Shown piece by piece: positions 46,312 through 56,970 of a DNA stretch of 64,000 nt. Every line of letters starts with the position of its first letter. The stretch's first letter is position 1. The DNA comes from Anaerolineales bacterium (GTDB taxonomy: Bacteria > Chloroflexota > Anaerolineae > Anaerolineales > E44-bin32). The notes beneath the pieces were generated by a model, which saw only the letters and a list, made by a program, of their open reading frames with translations, had not been told where the DNA came from and did no database searches. The translations under genes were made by a program, and so were the position numbers. The stretch lies in contig DATIPT010000167.1 in NCBI GenBank assembly GCA_035471625.1, positions 2,708-66,707 on the forward strand. The letters are read 5' to 3'.

Positions 46312-47821
46312 AGCGCACGATCGAATCCGAAAGCGCGAGGCAATCCTTCTCGCGCTGGCCTTCGGATTCCTCCTGGTCAATGCCGTGGCGCTGGCCCTGA
46401 CGGCGGCTGGCCGAGTCGGGGTTCCCGGCCTGAGCGTGTTGTCGGTCGTGCCGGCGTGGGGGGCCTCAGCCTGGTTGCTGCATCGAGTCTTGAACCGGCG
46501 GCTTCCCGATCGGGATCCATTCCTGCTGCCTTCCGGCTTGCTGCTCATGGGGTGGGGGATCCTGGTGATCTGGCGCTTGCTCCCTGAGTTCGGTGCGCGC
46601 CAATTGGCCTGGTTTCTGGCCGTCACGGCGCTGATCTTCGAAGTGGCTCGGATGCAGTCGGTCACCGCGTGGCTGCGGAGGTACCGACTGGTTTGGCTCC
46701 TTGGCGGGTTGTTCCTCCTGGCCCTCACGTTGTTCATGGGAACCAACCCGTCGGGGGGCGAGTCCCGCTTGTGGCTCGGGTGCTGCGGACAGTACTTCCA
46801 ACCCTCCGAACCGCTGCGCCTGTTGTTGATCGCGTACTTGGCATCGTTCCTCGCCGATCGAATGCTGCCGGGGAGTGAGGAGCCTGCTCGCTACGGTTTG
46901 CGGTCCGTCCTCGTCCCTTTGCTGGTCGTCTGGGGACTGGCCGTGGCACTGCTGGCGGCCCAGCGGGACCTTGGGGCGGGTAGCCTGTTCTTGGCCCTCC
47001 TGGTGGTCGTGTTGTATCTCGCCTTCCGACGTTGGGAGATCCTCCTGGTGGGCCTCGGGCTGCTGATCACCGCCGGGGTGGCTGCCGCCAGCTTGTCGTC
47101 GGTCGTGCAAGCGCGTGTTGAGACCTGGCTGAATCCCTGGGACGATCCGCTGACCTCCTCGTACCAGTCGCTGCAGGCATTGTTCGCCCTGGCATCGGGC
47201 GGGTTGGTGGGGGCCGGGCCTGGCCTGGGTTCCCCCGGATTGGTCCCCGCGATTCACACGGACTACATCTTTGTCGCCATGGGGGAGGAATGGGGGCTGG
47301 CCGGAGGCTTGGGGGTCCTGGCGCTCCTGGCGGTCATCACGAGCAGGGGCCTGAGGGCCGCGACCTTGAGTCGAGACAACTACTCCGCCATCCTGGCCGC
47401 AGGTCTCTCGATCGCCATTGGATTGCAGGCCTTCATCATCCTCGGTGGCGTCCTCCGTCTGGTTCCGCTCACCGGAGTGACGTTGCCGTTCGTCTCCTAC
47501 GGAGGTTCGTCGCTCCTGACGACGGGAATAGCGTTCGCCGTCTTGATCCGGATTTCCGCCAGGCAGGGAGACCACCCGCGATTCGCTGCGGTGATCCGGC
47601 GCATCCACGCCGCTGGGATCGTACTTTGGGCGGCCCTGGCCCTCTCCCTGGGTTGGTGGATGATCGTGCGAGGGCCGGCCCTCAGCGGGCGTGCGGAGAA
47701 CCCGCGCAGCCATGTGCCGGCGTCGCCGAGCGAAGCCGTGCCGGAAGGCCTTGGCATTCCCGGCGAGCTAGCCCCGCCGGGGCAATCCAGGGTTGACCCG
47801 TCCTCCCGGCTGCAGGTATAA
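46289..47821 (+). CDS. FtsW/RodA/SpoVE-family peptidoglycan polymerase (SEDS protein) with a C-terminal extension.
   Basis: Polytopic SEDS pattern (PSEPLRLLLIAYLASF, HTDYIFVAMGEEWGL, PLTGVTLPFVSYGGSS). The only in-frame start retaining the N-terminus is TTG 46289. Confidence 0.85.
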   Translation: MSLAISTEAHDRIRKREAILLALAFGFLLVNAVALALTAAGRVGVPGLSVLSVVPAWGASAWLLHRVLNRRLPDRDPFLLPSGLLLMGWGILVIWRLLPEFGARQLAWFLAVTALIFEVARMQSVTAWLRRYRLVWLLGGLFLLALTLFMGTNPSGGESRLWLGCCGQYFQPSEPLRLLLIAYLASFLADRMLPGSEEPARYGLRSVLVPLLVVWGLAVALLAAQRDLGAGSLFLALLVVVLYLAFRRWEILLVGLGLLITAGVAAASLSSVVQARVETWLNPWDDPLTSSYQSLQALFALASGGLVGAGPGLGSPGLVPAIHTDYIFVAMGEEWGLAGGLGVLALLAVITSRGLRAATLSRDNYSAILAAGLSIAIGLQAFIILGGVLRLVPLTGVTLPFVSYGGSSLLTTGIAFAVLIRISARQGDHPRFAAVIRRIHAAGIVLWAALALSLGWWMIVRGPALSGRAENPRSHVPASPSEAVPEGLGIPGELAPPGQSRVDPSSRLQV

Positions 47822-47822
47822 T
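47793..47822 (+). promoter_or_regulatory. Near-consensus sigma70 promoter TTGACC-N18-TATAAT for the rpsP operon. The -10 overlaps the SEDS gene stop codon.
   Basis: TTGACC at 47793-47798, TATAAT at 47817-47822. This implies a ~185-nt 5' leader before the rpsP ATG at 48015. Confidence 0.6.
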
Positions 47823-48014
47823 CATTCCGCTCGCATGCCCGGACCGTCCCGCCGGTCCGACTGCCGCTCCCTCGCGGCGGTCCGATCGGCGGTCACGTTG
47901 TCCCGGTGCGAGACATCAGCGGTGGGCCCGACCGACCTCCGCCGAAAGCGCCGTCCTTCCGGTGCTCCTCAGCGGCGAAGCGAAGTCGGCCCGAACGAAA
48001 CGAGTGAGGCGACG

Positions 48015-48494
48015 ATGGTTCGTATCAGGTTGCGCCGGGTAGGTTCCCGGCACCAACCGAGTTTTCGTGTGATCGCGGCCGACGAGGAAAGTCCGCGCGA
48101 CGGGCGGTTCCTCGAAATCCTCGGCCACTACAATCCTCGGACGGATCCGGCGACGATCCAGCTGGATGAGGCCAGGGTCTTTCACTGGCTCGGAAACGGC
48201 GCCCAGCCGTCCGACTCGGCTCGGCGCGTACTGACGAGCGCCGGCTGCTGGGGCCGCTGGGAGCGCTACAAGGGCGGTGAGCCCATCGAGGCTCTCCTGG
48301 AGGAGGCCAAGTCGGCCTCGTCTGAGGTCGACTTGCGGACGTCGACGGCGCGCCCGAAGCCGTCCCGGCCTTCGAAGAAGGCGCGGGCCAAGGCGGAGGC
48401 GGAGGCTGAACCCGCCGCGGCAGAAGCGGTCGCCGAGGCACCGGCCGAGCCGCCCGACGAAGCCGAATCGGCTGAGTCAGGCGAAGAAGCCTAG
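48015..48494 (+). CDS. rpsP: 30S ribosomal protein S16 with a ~75-aa low-complexity Ala/Glu/Lys/Pro C-terminal extension.
   Basis: MVRIRLRRVGSRHQPSFRVIAADEESPRDGRFLEILGHYNP. Start moved to ATG 48015. Confidence 0.93.
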   Translation: MVRIRLRRVGSRHQPSFRVIAADEESPRDGRFLEILGHYNPRTDPATIQLDEARVFHWLGNGAQPSDSARRVLTSAGCWGRWERYKGGEPIEALLEEAKSASSEVDLRTSTARPKPSRPSKKARAKAEAEAEPAAAEAVAEAPAEPPDEAESAESGEEA

Positions 48495-48514
48495 GTCGTT
48501 GCGAGGGTGACCGG

Positions 48515-48742
48515 ATGAAGGCGTTGATCGAATACATCGCCCGCTCGCTGGTCGACTCGCCGACCGAGGTTCGGGTCATCGAGCGCGAGGGCCACAACGA
48601 GACGCATCTCGAGCTCGAGGTCGCCGCGGAGGATATGGGTCGGGTGATCGGCCGCGGCGGACGCGTCGCTTCGGCGATGCGAACTTTGCTGCGGGTCGCC
48701 GCCGTCCAGCGCGGCGAGAGAGCCACTCTCGACATCCGGTGA
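48515..48742 (+). CDS. KH-domain RNA-binding protein (YlqC/UPF0109).
   Basis: GxxG KH motif in MGRVIGRGGRVASAMRTLL. Conserved position between rpsP and rimM. Confidence 0.88.
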   Translation: MKALIEYIARSLVDSPTEVRVIEREGHNETHLELEVAAEDMGRVIGRGGRVASAMRTLLRVAAVQRGERATLDIR

Positions 48743-49320
48743 CGTCTCGACGACGGATCCAAGCCGAAGGGACAGTGAGCGCCCGGCGGACCAAGCAGGA
48801 ACTGGTCGCCGGGCGCATTCTTCGTCCCCATGGGGTCCGAGGGATGGTTGTGCTCCATCCCGAATCAGACCTGGTCGATCGTCTAGTGCCGGGAATGACC
48901 ATCTACGTCGGAGAGGATCGAACGCCCAGGACGGTCCGGCGATTCCAGGCCCACGGACGTCGCTACCTCCTGGAGCTCGAGGGTGGAGACGCCCGGGAAG
49001 ACGCCGAGCGCTTGCGGGATGCCATCGTCCGCGTGCGGGTTGACGACATCGGAGGACTGCCTCCGAACACCTTCTTCCGGTGGCAAATCGTTGGGCTGCG
49101 CGTTGTGGAAGAGAACGGGACCCTGGTGGGAACCGTCGTTGAGGTCCTCGAGACCGGGGCCAATGATGTCTACGAGGTCGAGCGGCCGGACGGGCGTCGT
49201 GTACTTCTTCCGGCGGTTCGTTCGGTGATTCGGGAGGTCGATCTCGACGCTGGAGAGTTGACGGTGTATCTCCTGCCGGGACTGGACGAGCTGCAAGCGC
49301 CGCGGCGGGAAAGGAAGTAG
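48739..49320 (+). CDS. rimM: 16S rRNA processing protein RimM.
   Basis: LVAGRILRPHGVRGMVV PRC-barrel protein pattern. GTGA overlap with the KH gene. Confidence 0.88.
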   Translation: MTSRRRIQAEGTVSARRTKQELVAGRILRPHGVRGMVVLHPESDLVDRLVPGMTIYVGEDRTPRTVRRFQAHGRRYLLELEGGDAREDAERLRDAIVRVRVDDIGGLPPNTFFRWQIVGLRVVEENGTLVGTVVEVLETGANDVYEVERPDGRRVLLPAVRSVIREVDLDAGELTVYLLPGLDELQAPRRERK

Positions 49321-49399
49321 CGGGCGGTCTTCTTGCTGGCCGGCAGGGGCTATGTTAGACTGCCCGCTTGTTCGGCCGACGCCCCGGAGACCAGAACCG

Positions 49400-49774
49400 A
49401 TGGACCGAGCCCGACGAGACCAGATGGTGAAGCGGCTTCGGGAGCTGCAAACCAATACGACCGATGTCGAAGCTTCGGCGGTGGTGTCGGTCGATGGATT
49501 GATCATCGCCTCATCGCTCCCGGGCGGCGTGGAAGAGGACCGGGTGTCGGCGATGTCTGCGGCGATGCTCAGCCTCGGAGAGCGGATCGCCGGAGAATTG
49601 GGGCGCGGCGGTCTCGACGAGGTCTATATCCACGGGAGCAGCGGGTATGTACTGCTGACCGGGGCCGGGGCGGAAGCGGTCTTGACCGTCCTGGCAAGAG
49701 AACAGGCCCGTCTTGGCCTGATCTTGCTCGAAATGCGACGGGCGGCCCAGGATATTGGGAGCTTGATGGAATGA
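49400..49774 (+). CDS. Roadblock/LC7-domain protein.
   Basis: ASAVVSVDGLIIASSLPGG..EDRVSAMSAAMLSLGERIA...VYIHGSSGYVLL pattern. ATG 49400 preferred; ATG 49352 is possible. Confidence 0.75.
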   Translation: MDRARRDQMVKRLRELQTNTTDVEASAVVSVDGLIIASSLPGGVEEDRVSAMSAAMLSLGERIAGELGRGGLDEVYIHGSSGYVLLTGAGAEAVLTVLAREQARLGLILLEMRRAAQDIGSLME

Positions 49775-49859
49775 GAGCGCGCCGGAAACGGCCGACTGTG
49801 CGCGGACCAGAATCGGTGGGGAGGTCTCCGGCGGGGGGCCTCCCCACCGACCCTTCTAG

Positions 49860-51554
<1,695 letters not shown>

Positions 51555-51589
51555 GCCGGGCCTGCCCTGCCTGGGCAAGGCCACGCGAT

Positions 51590-51615
51590 GCGGCCAGGTC
51601 ATTCGACCTGGCCGC
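51590..51615. terminator. Perfect 11-bp stem / 4-nt loop hairpin (GCGGCCAGGTC attc GACCTGGCCGC) between convergent pyrG and the coiled-coil gene.
   Basis: Read directly. Only a short T-run (tgttt) follows on the plus strand, so terminator function is tentative. Confidence 0.4.
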
Positions 51616-51643
51616 AGATGTTTCCGGCGATGGGAATGCGGCG

Positions 51644-52144
51644 TCAGGGTTCCGAGCGTCCCGACGGAGGCGTCTCTTCGGTTCCGGCCTCGACCCGCTG
51701 GCGTTCCATGGTTAGCTTGGAGATCCCGTTGCGGGCCTGACTCAGCAGGCGGGTGAGTTCGCCTTCAAGGGCGGTCAGCGCCTCGATGATGTAGTCGTCG
51801 GCCTCGCGACGCTGGTTCTCCGCATCGGCTCGGGCCTGCGCCAGGATCTGTTCGGAGCGGGCTTGGGCGGCCTGCACGATCGCATCCCGGGTCACGATTT
51901 CATCGGACTTCTGCTTGGCGATGCCGACCGTCCGGCTGGCCTCTTCCTGAGCCTGAGCCATCAGGCGGTCGCGCTGGGCGATCACCTGTTGCGCCTTCTT
52001 GACTTCCTCAGGGATCGAGATCCGCATCTGGTCGATGATCTCGAGGAAGCGATCCTCATCGACGATGACGTTGTGCGTCAGCGGGATCGGTCGGGCCTGG
52101 TTGAAGAGCTCCTCGAGTCGGTCTACGAGATGCAGGATATCCAT
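51644..52144 (-). CDS. Coiled-coil protein of unknown function (ATP-synthase-b/H-like low-complexity helix).
   Basis: 166-aa ORF with a clean N-terminus MDILHLVDRLEELF and long Ala/Gln/Glu/Arg heptad-like helices. No enzymatic motifs. Confidence 0.6.
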   Translation of the reverse strand: MDILHLVDRLEELFNQARPIPLTHNVIVDEDRFLEIIDQMRISIPEEVKKAQQVIAQRDRLMAQAQEEASRTVGIAKQKSDEIVTRDAIVQAAQARSEQILAQARADAENQRREADDYIIEALTALEGELTRLLSQARNGISKLTMERQRVEAGTEETPPSGRSEP

Positions 52145-52241
52145 GGCCGCCTCCGGCAGGAGCAGTGGCTCCGCCCGGGGTGCAAGCTTCGGGCCGAAGG
52201 GTACACCGAAGCCGCAAGCGGGTCAACCCGGCCCATCCGCG

Positions 52242-52769
52242 CTAGTCCCGCAACGAGGTCATCGGAACAATCCCTGGGCCATCATCGCCCAACTCCTGGA
52301 AGCGCCGCACCAGGGCGGCTTCGACGTGGGCCGGAACCAGGCTGCTGACATCTCCGCCCAGGCTGGCGATCTCGCGCACGGTGCTGCCCGTCAGAAAGCT
52401 GTGCTCCTCGCTTGTGATCAAGGCGACGACGTCAATCTCCGGGGCGAGCCGGTGGTTGGCCAAGGCCATGCGGAACTCGTGTTCGAAATCGGAGAACACC
52501 CGGAGTCCGCGTACGATCACTTTGGCTTCGACCTCTCGGCAGAAATTGACGATTAGGCCGCCAAAGACGGTCACGCGGACCTGAGGATCGTCGGCGAACG
52601 TCTCCTGCACGAGCGCCAGACGGTCCTCGGGACTGAACAGGAGCGTCTTCAGGGGACGGTCGTAGACCGCGATGATGAGCTCGTCGAACAGGCGGGTCGC
52701 CCGGCGGGCGATGTCGATATGGCCGAAGTGCACGGGATCGAAAGTGCCCGGAAAGACGGCTCGGACCAT
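52242..52769 (-). CDS. coaD: Phosphopantetheine adenylyltransferase.
   Basis: AVFPGTFDPVHFGHIDIARRA (T/HxGH motif). Confidence 0.94.
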   Translation of the reverse strand: MVRAVFPGTFDPVHFGHIDIARRATRLFDELIIAVYDRPLKTLLFSPEDRLALVQETFADDPQVRVTVFGGLIVNFCREVEAKVIVRGLRVFSDFEHEFRMALANHRLAPEIDVVALITSEEHSFLTGSTVREIASLGGDVSSLVPAHVEAALVRRFQELGDDGPGIVPMTSLRD

Positions 52770-55240
52770 CAGCTGATATCTCCCTTCTCGGTGAGGGTGA
52801 AGGCTTGCAGCGTCCGCCGCAGTGCAGCATGCTCGGGCAGCTCCAGGCCGGGGTCGGCGTCGAGGAGGCGGCTGGCCTCGCGCCGGGCCCGCTCGATCAG
52901 GCGAACGTCCGTCAGCCGCGCCATTTGCAGGTCGGCGAAACCCGATTGACGCGACCCCAGGAACTCCCCCGGCCCGCGCTGTTCCAGGTCCATCTCGGCG
53001 AGTTTGAACCCATCCCCGGTCGACTCCATGGCGCGCAGCCGCTCGTTTTCCGTTTCGTTGTCCGCGTCGGGGATGAGCAGGCAGTAGGATGGATGCTCCC
53101 CGCGGCCAACACGGCCGCGGAACTGGTGGAGCTGGGCCAGCCCGAAGCGGTTGGCGCCCTCGATCAGCATGACCGTGGCGTTCGGCACGTCGACGCCGAC
53201 CTCGACGACAGATGTCGAGACGAGGATCTGGGTCTCCCCGCGCCGGAAGGCGTCCATGACGGTCTCCTTTTCATCGCCGCTCATGCGCCCGTGGAGCAAA
53301 CCGACGGCGAGGCCGGGGAAGACCTCTTTCTGCAGACGGCTCTGTTCCTCGACGGCGGCTCGCGCCGCCACCTTCTCGGATTCTTCCACCAGCGGGTAGA
53401 TGAAGAAGGCCTGGTGCTCGGCCTCGATCTGGGACTCGACGAACCGGTAGGCGCGCGATCGTTCCACCGGAAGGAGGACACGCGTTTCGATCGGTTGCCG
53501 GCCGGGCGGCATCTCATCCAGCACGGTCAGGTCCAAGTCGCCGAAGACCGTCAGGGCGAGCGACCGCGGGATCGGCGTGGCCGTCATCACCAGCAAGTGC
53601 GGGTTGTCGCCCTTGGCGCGCAGCGCGGCGCGTTGCTCGACCCCGAAGCGGTGTTGCTCGTCGATGACGGCCAGCGCCAGGCGCTGGAATTGGACCGGTT
53701 CTTCAAGAAGGGCGTGGGTGCCGACGACGATCGGGATCGACCCGTCCCCGAGGCCCTGGCGGATCTCGACTTTCTCGCTTTCCGGTGTGGCGCCCAGAAG
53801 GAGACGGATCCCCTCGGGCCGTAGGTCACCGGCGGCTCCCAGGAGGTCGCGCAGGGTGCGGTGGTGTTGTTCGGCCAGGATGCTGGTGGGAGCCAGGATC
53901 GCCACCTGACCGCCGCCCGCGACGACGATCCCGGCTGCCGCCGCAGCGACGACGGTCTTGCCGGAGCCGACATCCCCCTGCAGCAGCCGATTCATCGGCC
54001 GACCGGCCGCCAGATCGTGGCGCAGATCCTCGAGGGCGTGGTTCTGGGCGGCGGTCAGGGCGTATGGCAGCCCTCGCCGGAAGCGTTCGATCCACGTTTC
54101 GTCCACGGTGTACGCGGCGGCTTTCAAGGCCGCCCACTCCCGCTTCTGACGCATCACCCCCAATTGCAGGAGCAGCATCTCTTCGAACGCCAGGCGGTCC
54201 TGACCGCGGCGGAGCTTCTCCCAACTGTCGGGAAAGTGGACTTGTTCAATCGCTTCGGCAACCGGCACCAGGTCATTGCGCTGCAAGACGTCGGGGGGCA
54301 GAGGGTCGGGGAGTTGCGGCGCTAGGCGCCGGACGACGGAATTCATCACCCGGCGCATCCAACGGGCGGTCACACCGGCCGTCAACGAATAGATCGGGAC
54401 GATCCGACTGGTGTGCAATTGCTGACGATCGAGGGGTTCCCACTCCGGTGCGTTCATCGTCAGCCGGCCAAGATACTGGTCGACGCGACCGGACAGGGCG
54501 ACGGCTTCGCCCGGCCGCAACTGCTGGGCGATCCAGGGCTGGTTGAACCACGTCACTCGCAGCGAGCCGGATCCGTCGCTGACGACCGCTTCGACGATCT
54601 TCATCCTGCCACCGCGAGTCGTCCGTACCTGGATCTCGTCGATGGTTCCCAGGACGGTGACCTCTTCGCCGTACCAGAGGCGGTTGATCGTCTTGAGTTC
54701 GCTGTAGTCCACGTAGCGGCGAGGAAGAAACCACAACAGGTCGCCGAGCGTCTCGAGGTCCAGGCGACTGAGGGTCTTGGCGGACTTGGGGCCGATCCCG
54801 GGGATCGAGGTCAGCGGTGCGTCGAGAGCCGGGGGCGGCTGGGTCGGCGTTCGCCGGGGTGGGCTCCCCGCCGATTTCGGCGCGGTTCCACCGTCGGCGG
54901 CGGTCTTCGGTACGGCCTCGGCTTGGCCCTCGGTGGGGATGGGCGCCTCGGGCGAAGGTGCCGCAGGAGCGGCTGGAGCGCTTCCTTCGGGGAGTCCTGT
55001 GAGGTCCGTTCGCAAGGCCTCCAATCGGCTCCTTCGGTCTTCGGAAGGGAGATCCCCATACCCCTCGAGGCTCGACTTCACGGAGAGGATCGTCGCTTCG
55101 GGGACATGTTGCTGGCGCGCCTCGGCTTCCCAAGACGGGACCATCTGGGCCAGTCCGCCCATGACGGCGCGGTCGTCGTGGCCGCGTGAAGCTTCCAAGT
55201 CGATGATCTTGATGACCCGTTCGATGGCCGGGAACGGCAT
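52769..55240 (-). CDS. recG: ATP-dependent DNA helicase RecG with a ~155-aa N-terminal extension.
   Basis: Wedge region IPGIGPKSAKTL...LPRRY, helicase motifs GDVGSGKT, DEQHRFGV, MTATPIPRSL, QLHQFRGRVGRG. Confidence 0.95.
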   Translation of the reverse strand: MPFPAIERVIKIIDLEASRGHDDRAVMGGLAQMVPSWEAEARQQHVPEATILSVKSSLEGYGDLPSEDRRSRLEALRTDLTGLPEGSAPAAPAAPSPEAPIPTEGQAEAVPKTAADGGTAPKSAGSPPRRTPTQPPPALDAPLTSIPGIGPKSAKTLSRLDLETLGDLLWFLPRRYVDYSELKTINRLWYGEEVTVLGTIDEIQVRTTRGGRMKIVEAVVSDGSGSLRVTWFNQPWIAQQLRPGEAVALSGRVDQYLGRLTMNAPEWEPLDRQQLHTSRIVPIYSLTAGVTARWMRRVMNSVVRRLAPQLPDPLPPDVLQRNDLVPVAEAIEQVHFPDSWEKLRRGQDRLAFEEMLLLQLGVMRQKREWAALKAAAYTVDETWIERFRRGLPYALTAAQNHALEDLRHDLAAGRPMNRLLQGDVGSGKTVVAAAAAGIVVAGGGQVAILAPTSILAEQHHRTLRDLLGAAGDLRPEGIRLLLGATPESEKVEIRQGLGDGSIPIVVGTHALLEEPVQFQRLALAVIDEQHRFGVEQRAALRAKGDNPHLLVMTATPIPRSLALTVFGDLDLTVLDEMPPGRQPIETRVLLPVERSRAYRFVESQIEAEHQAFFIYPLVEESEKVAARAAVEEQSRLQKEVFPGLAVGLLHGRMSGDEKETVMDAFRRGETQILVSTSVVEVGVDVPNATVMLIEGANRFGLAQLHQFRGRVGRGEHPSYCLLIPDADNETENERLRAMESTGDGFKLAEMDLEQRGPGEFLGSRQSGFADLQMARLTDVRLIERARREASRLLDADPGLELPEHAALRRTLQAFTLTEKGDIS

Positions 55241-55250
55241 GCGCTGGCCT

Positions 55251-56108
55251 CTATCTACCGGTGTCGCTCAGGACTCCGACGAGCCCGAGAGAGTTCGGGC
55301 CTACATGAGCCCCGATGACCGTCGTCACGTCAACAACGTGCGGTCCTTCGCTCTTCAATTGAGGATGCAGGTTCGCCGCGAGCTCGAAGGCATCGTGTTC
55401 GGCGGCGGAGTGCAAGACGCCGAGATGCTGGAGCGGTCCCCAGGCCTTGGCGCGCTGGACGAGCGCCTCGATCGCTCTTCGGCGGGTTCGGACTTGCGCC
55501 AACCGGTGGATGGCCCCGGTCTTCAATTCCACCAGGAGCCGAATATGGAGCAGGGAACTAAGGCTCGATCGAAGCCAGTCCACCCGGCCGCCGCGTCGAA
55601 GGTACTCCAGGTTGTCGATCATCGCCAGTGTCCGGACGCGTTCTCGAACGCTGGCCGCAGCCGCGATCACCTGTGCGAGCGAAAGCCCCTGGGCCGCCGC
55701 CCGCGCGGCCCCGAGCGCCTGGAAGCCGATACCCAGGGAAACTTGCCCGCTGTCGACGACATGGACACGGTCCTCGAAGGAACGGGCAGCCAGGCGGGCA
55801 AGCTCGGCGATCCCGCTCAGTTGGCTGGCGACGTGAATGGATACGACATCGCGCGCGCCTAGCTCCAGGGCAGAACGATAGGCCGCCAGGAAGGCTTCCA
55901 GAGGGGGCGAAGCAGTCGTCGGGGGAGTCCGCATCTCTGGCATGCGTTGGTAGAACGCTGCTCGCGAGAGCCCGGCGCCATCCTCGTAGCCGACGTCGTC
56001 GACAATCAGGATCGCCGGGATCACCAGGATCCTGTTCTCTTCGGCGATGCTCCGGGGGATGTCGGCCGTGCTGTCCGTGACGACGGCCGTGGTTCGAGCC
56101 CCACTCAC
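55251..56108 (-). CDS. DegV-family fatty-acid-binding protein (FakB-like), copy 1.
   Basis: VVTDSTADIP N-terminus and DegV fold length. GTGA overlap with copy 2. Confidence 0.88.
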   Translation of the reverse strand: MSGARTTAVVTDSTADIPRSIAEENRILVIPAILIVDDVGYEDGAGLSRAAFYQRMPEMRTPPTTASPPLEAFLAAYRSALELGARDVVSIHVASQLSGIAELARLAARSFEDRVHVVDSGQVSLGIGFQALGAARAAAQGLSLAQVIAAAASVRERVRTLAMIDNLEYLRRGGRVDWLRSSLSSLLHIRLLVELKTGAIHRLAQVRTRRRAIEALVQRAKAWGPLQHLGVLHSAAEHDAFELAANLHPQLKSEGPHVVDVTTVIGAHVGPNSLGLVGVLSDTGR

Positions 56109-56968
56109 TTGCGGTTCCCTTCTCGCTCCAGCGCAATGATCCCCGTGGTATTCGGGCCGAAGTAGGTCGCCATCGAGGGCCCAAGGCCGGTGAGCGTGAT
56201 CGGCGTGGTCGGGTGAAGCGTCCGGAGACGTTCGAGGATCTGTCGGGACTCCTCGGAAGCGTCGGGAATGCCCTGGAGCACGGCCAGGTGCTCGAGATCA
56301 GAGAACTCGCTGACGAACTCAAGGATCTTCTCGACCGCTCGGGGGCGCGAGCGGACCTTCTCCATCGGGACGAGTTTGCCATCTTCCATGGTCAGAAAAG
56401 GAAGCACGCCGAGCATGTTTCCCAGGAGGGCCTGCGAGCGCGTCACCAGACCTCGACGCTCGATGTAGGTCAGATCGGCGACGAAGGCGACCAGATACAG
56501 GCGAGGCACCATGCCGCGCACGATCCGGACGACTTCGTCGAGATCGGCACCGTTCTCGGCAGCTCGAACGGCCGCCTCCACGAGAAGACCGAGGCCACCC
56601 GAGATGGTCTGCGAGTCGATCACATGGATGGCGCAGCGGCCGAGAAACGGCTGACTGGCGGTTGTGGCGTTGGCGACGGTCGGATTGAGGTGGGCGGAGG
56701 CGTGGATGGCGACGATCTGGTCTGTCTCCAAGGCCAGGCGGCCGAAGGTCTCGGCCAGGCGCTCCGGAGATGGAGGCTCCGCCAGAGGGAAACCCTGGCA
56801 TTCGTCGAACAGCGCCTGGGCGGCGAGGGTCTCGTCGCGGGGATCTTCCTCCAGGGCGGCGTACCCGCAGCGGAGGGTCATCGGCGCGATCGCCACGGAG
56901 TGGCTGTCGAGGAAGCCCGGCGTGGCGAACCGAACCGTGCTGTCGGTGACGATCCGGACGCGGTTCAC
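56105..56968 (-). CDS. DegV-family fatty-acid-binding protein (FakB-like), copy 2.
   Basis: RIVTDSTVRF N-terminus. GTG start 2 nt after the DAK2 gene stop. Confidence 0.88.
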   Translation of the reverse strand: MNRVRIVTDSTVRFATPGFLDSHSVAIAPMTLRCGYAALEEDPRDETLAAQALFDECQGFPLAEPPSPERLAETFGRLALETDQIVAIHASAHLNPTVANATTASQPFLGRCAIHVIDSQTISGGLGLLVEAAVRAAENGADLDEVVRIVRGMVPRLYLVAFVADLTYIERRGLVTRSQALLGNMLGVLPFLTMEDGKLVPMEKVRSRPRAVEKILEFVSEFSDLEHLAVLQGIPDASEESRQILERLRTLHPTTPITLTGLGPSMATYFGPNTTGIIALEREGNRK

Positions 56969-56970
56969 GG

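Noticed and set aside
47822-48014. SRP (4.5S) RNA or a known riboswitch in the rpsP leader, considered because ffh/SRP genes often neighbour rpsP.
   Set aside because: I could not find the conserved SRP domain IV motif (GGAAGCAGCC-like) or any riboswitch core sequence I know (TPP, SAM, cobalamin, glycine, c-di-GMP, ydaO, ZTP). It is reported only as an unassigned structured leader.
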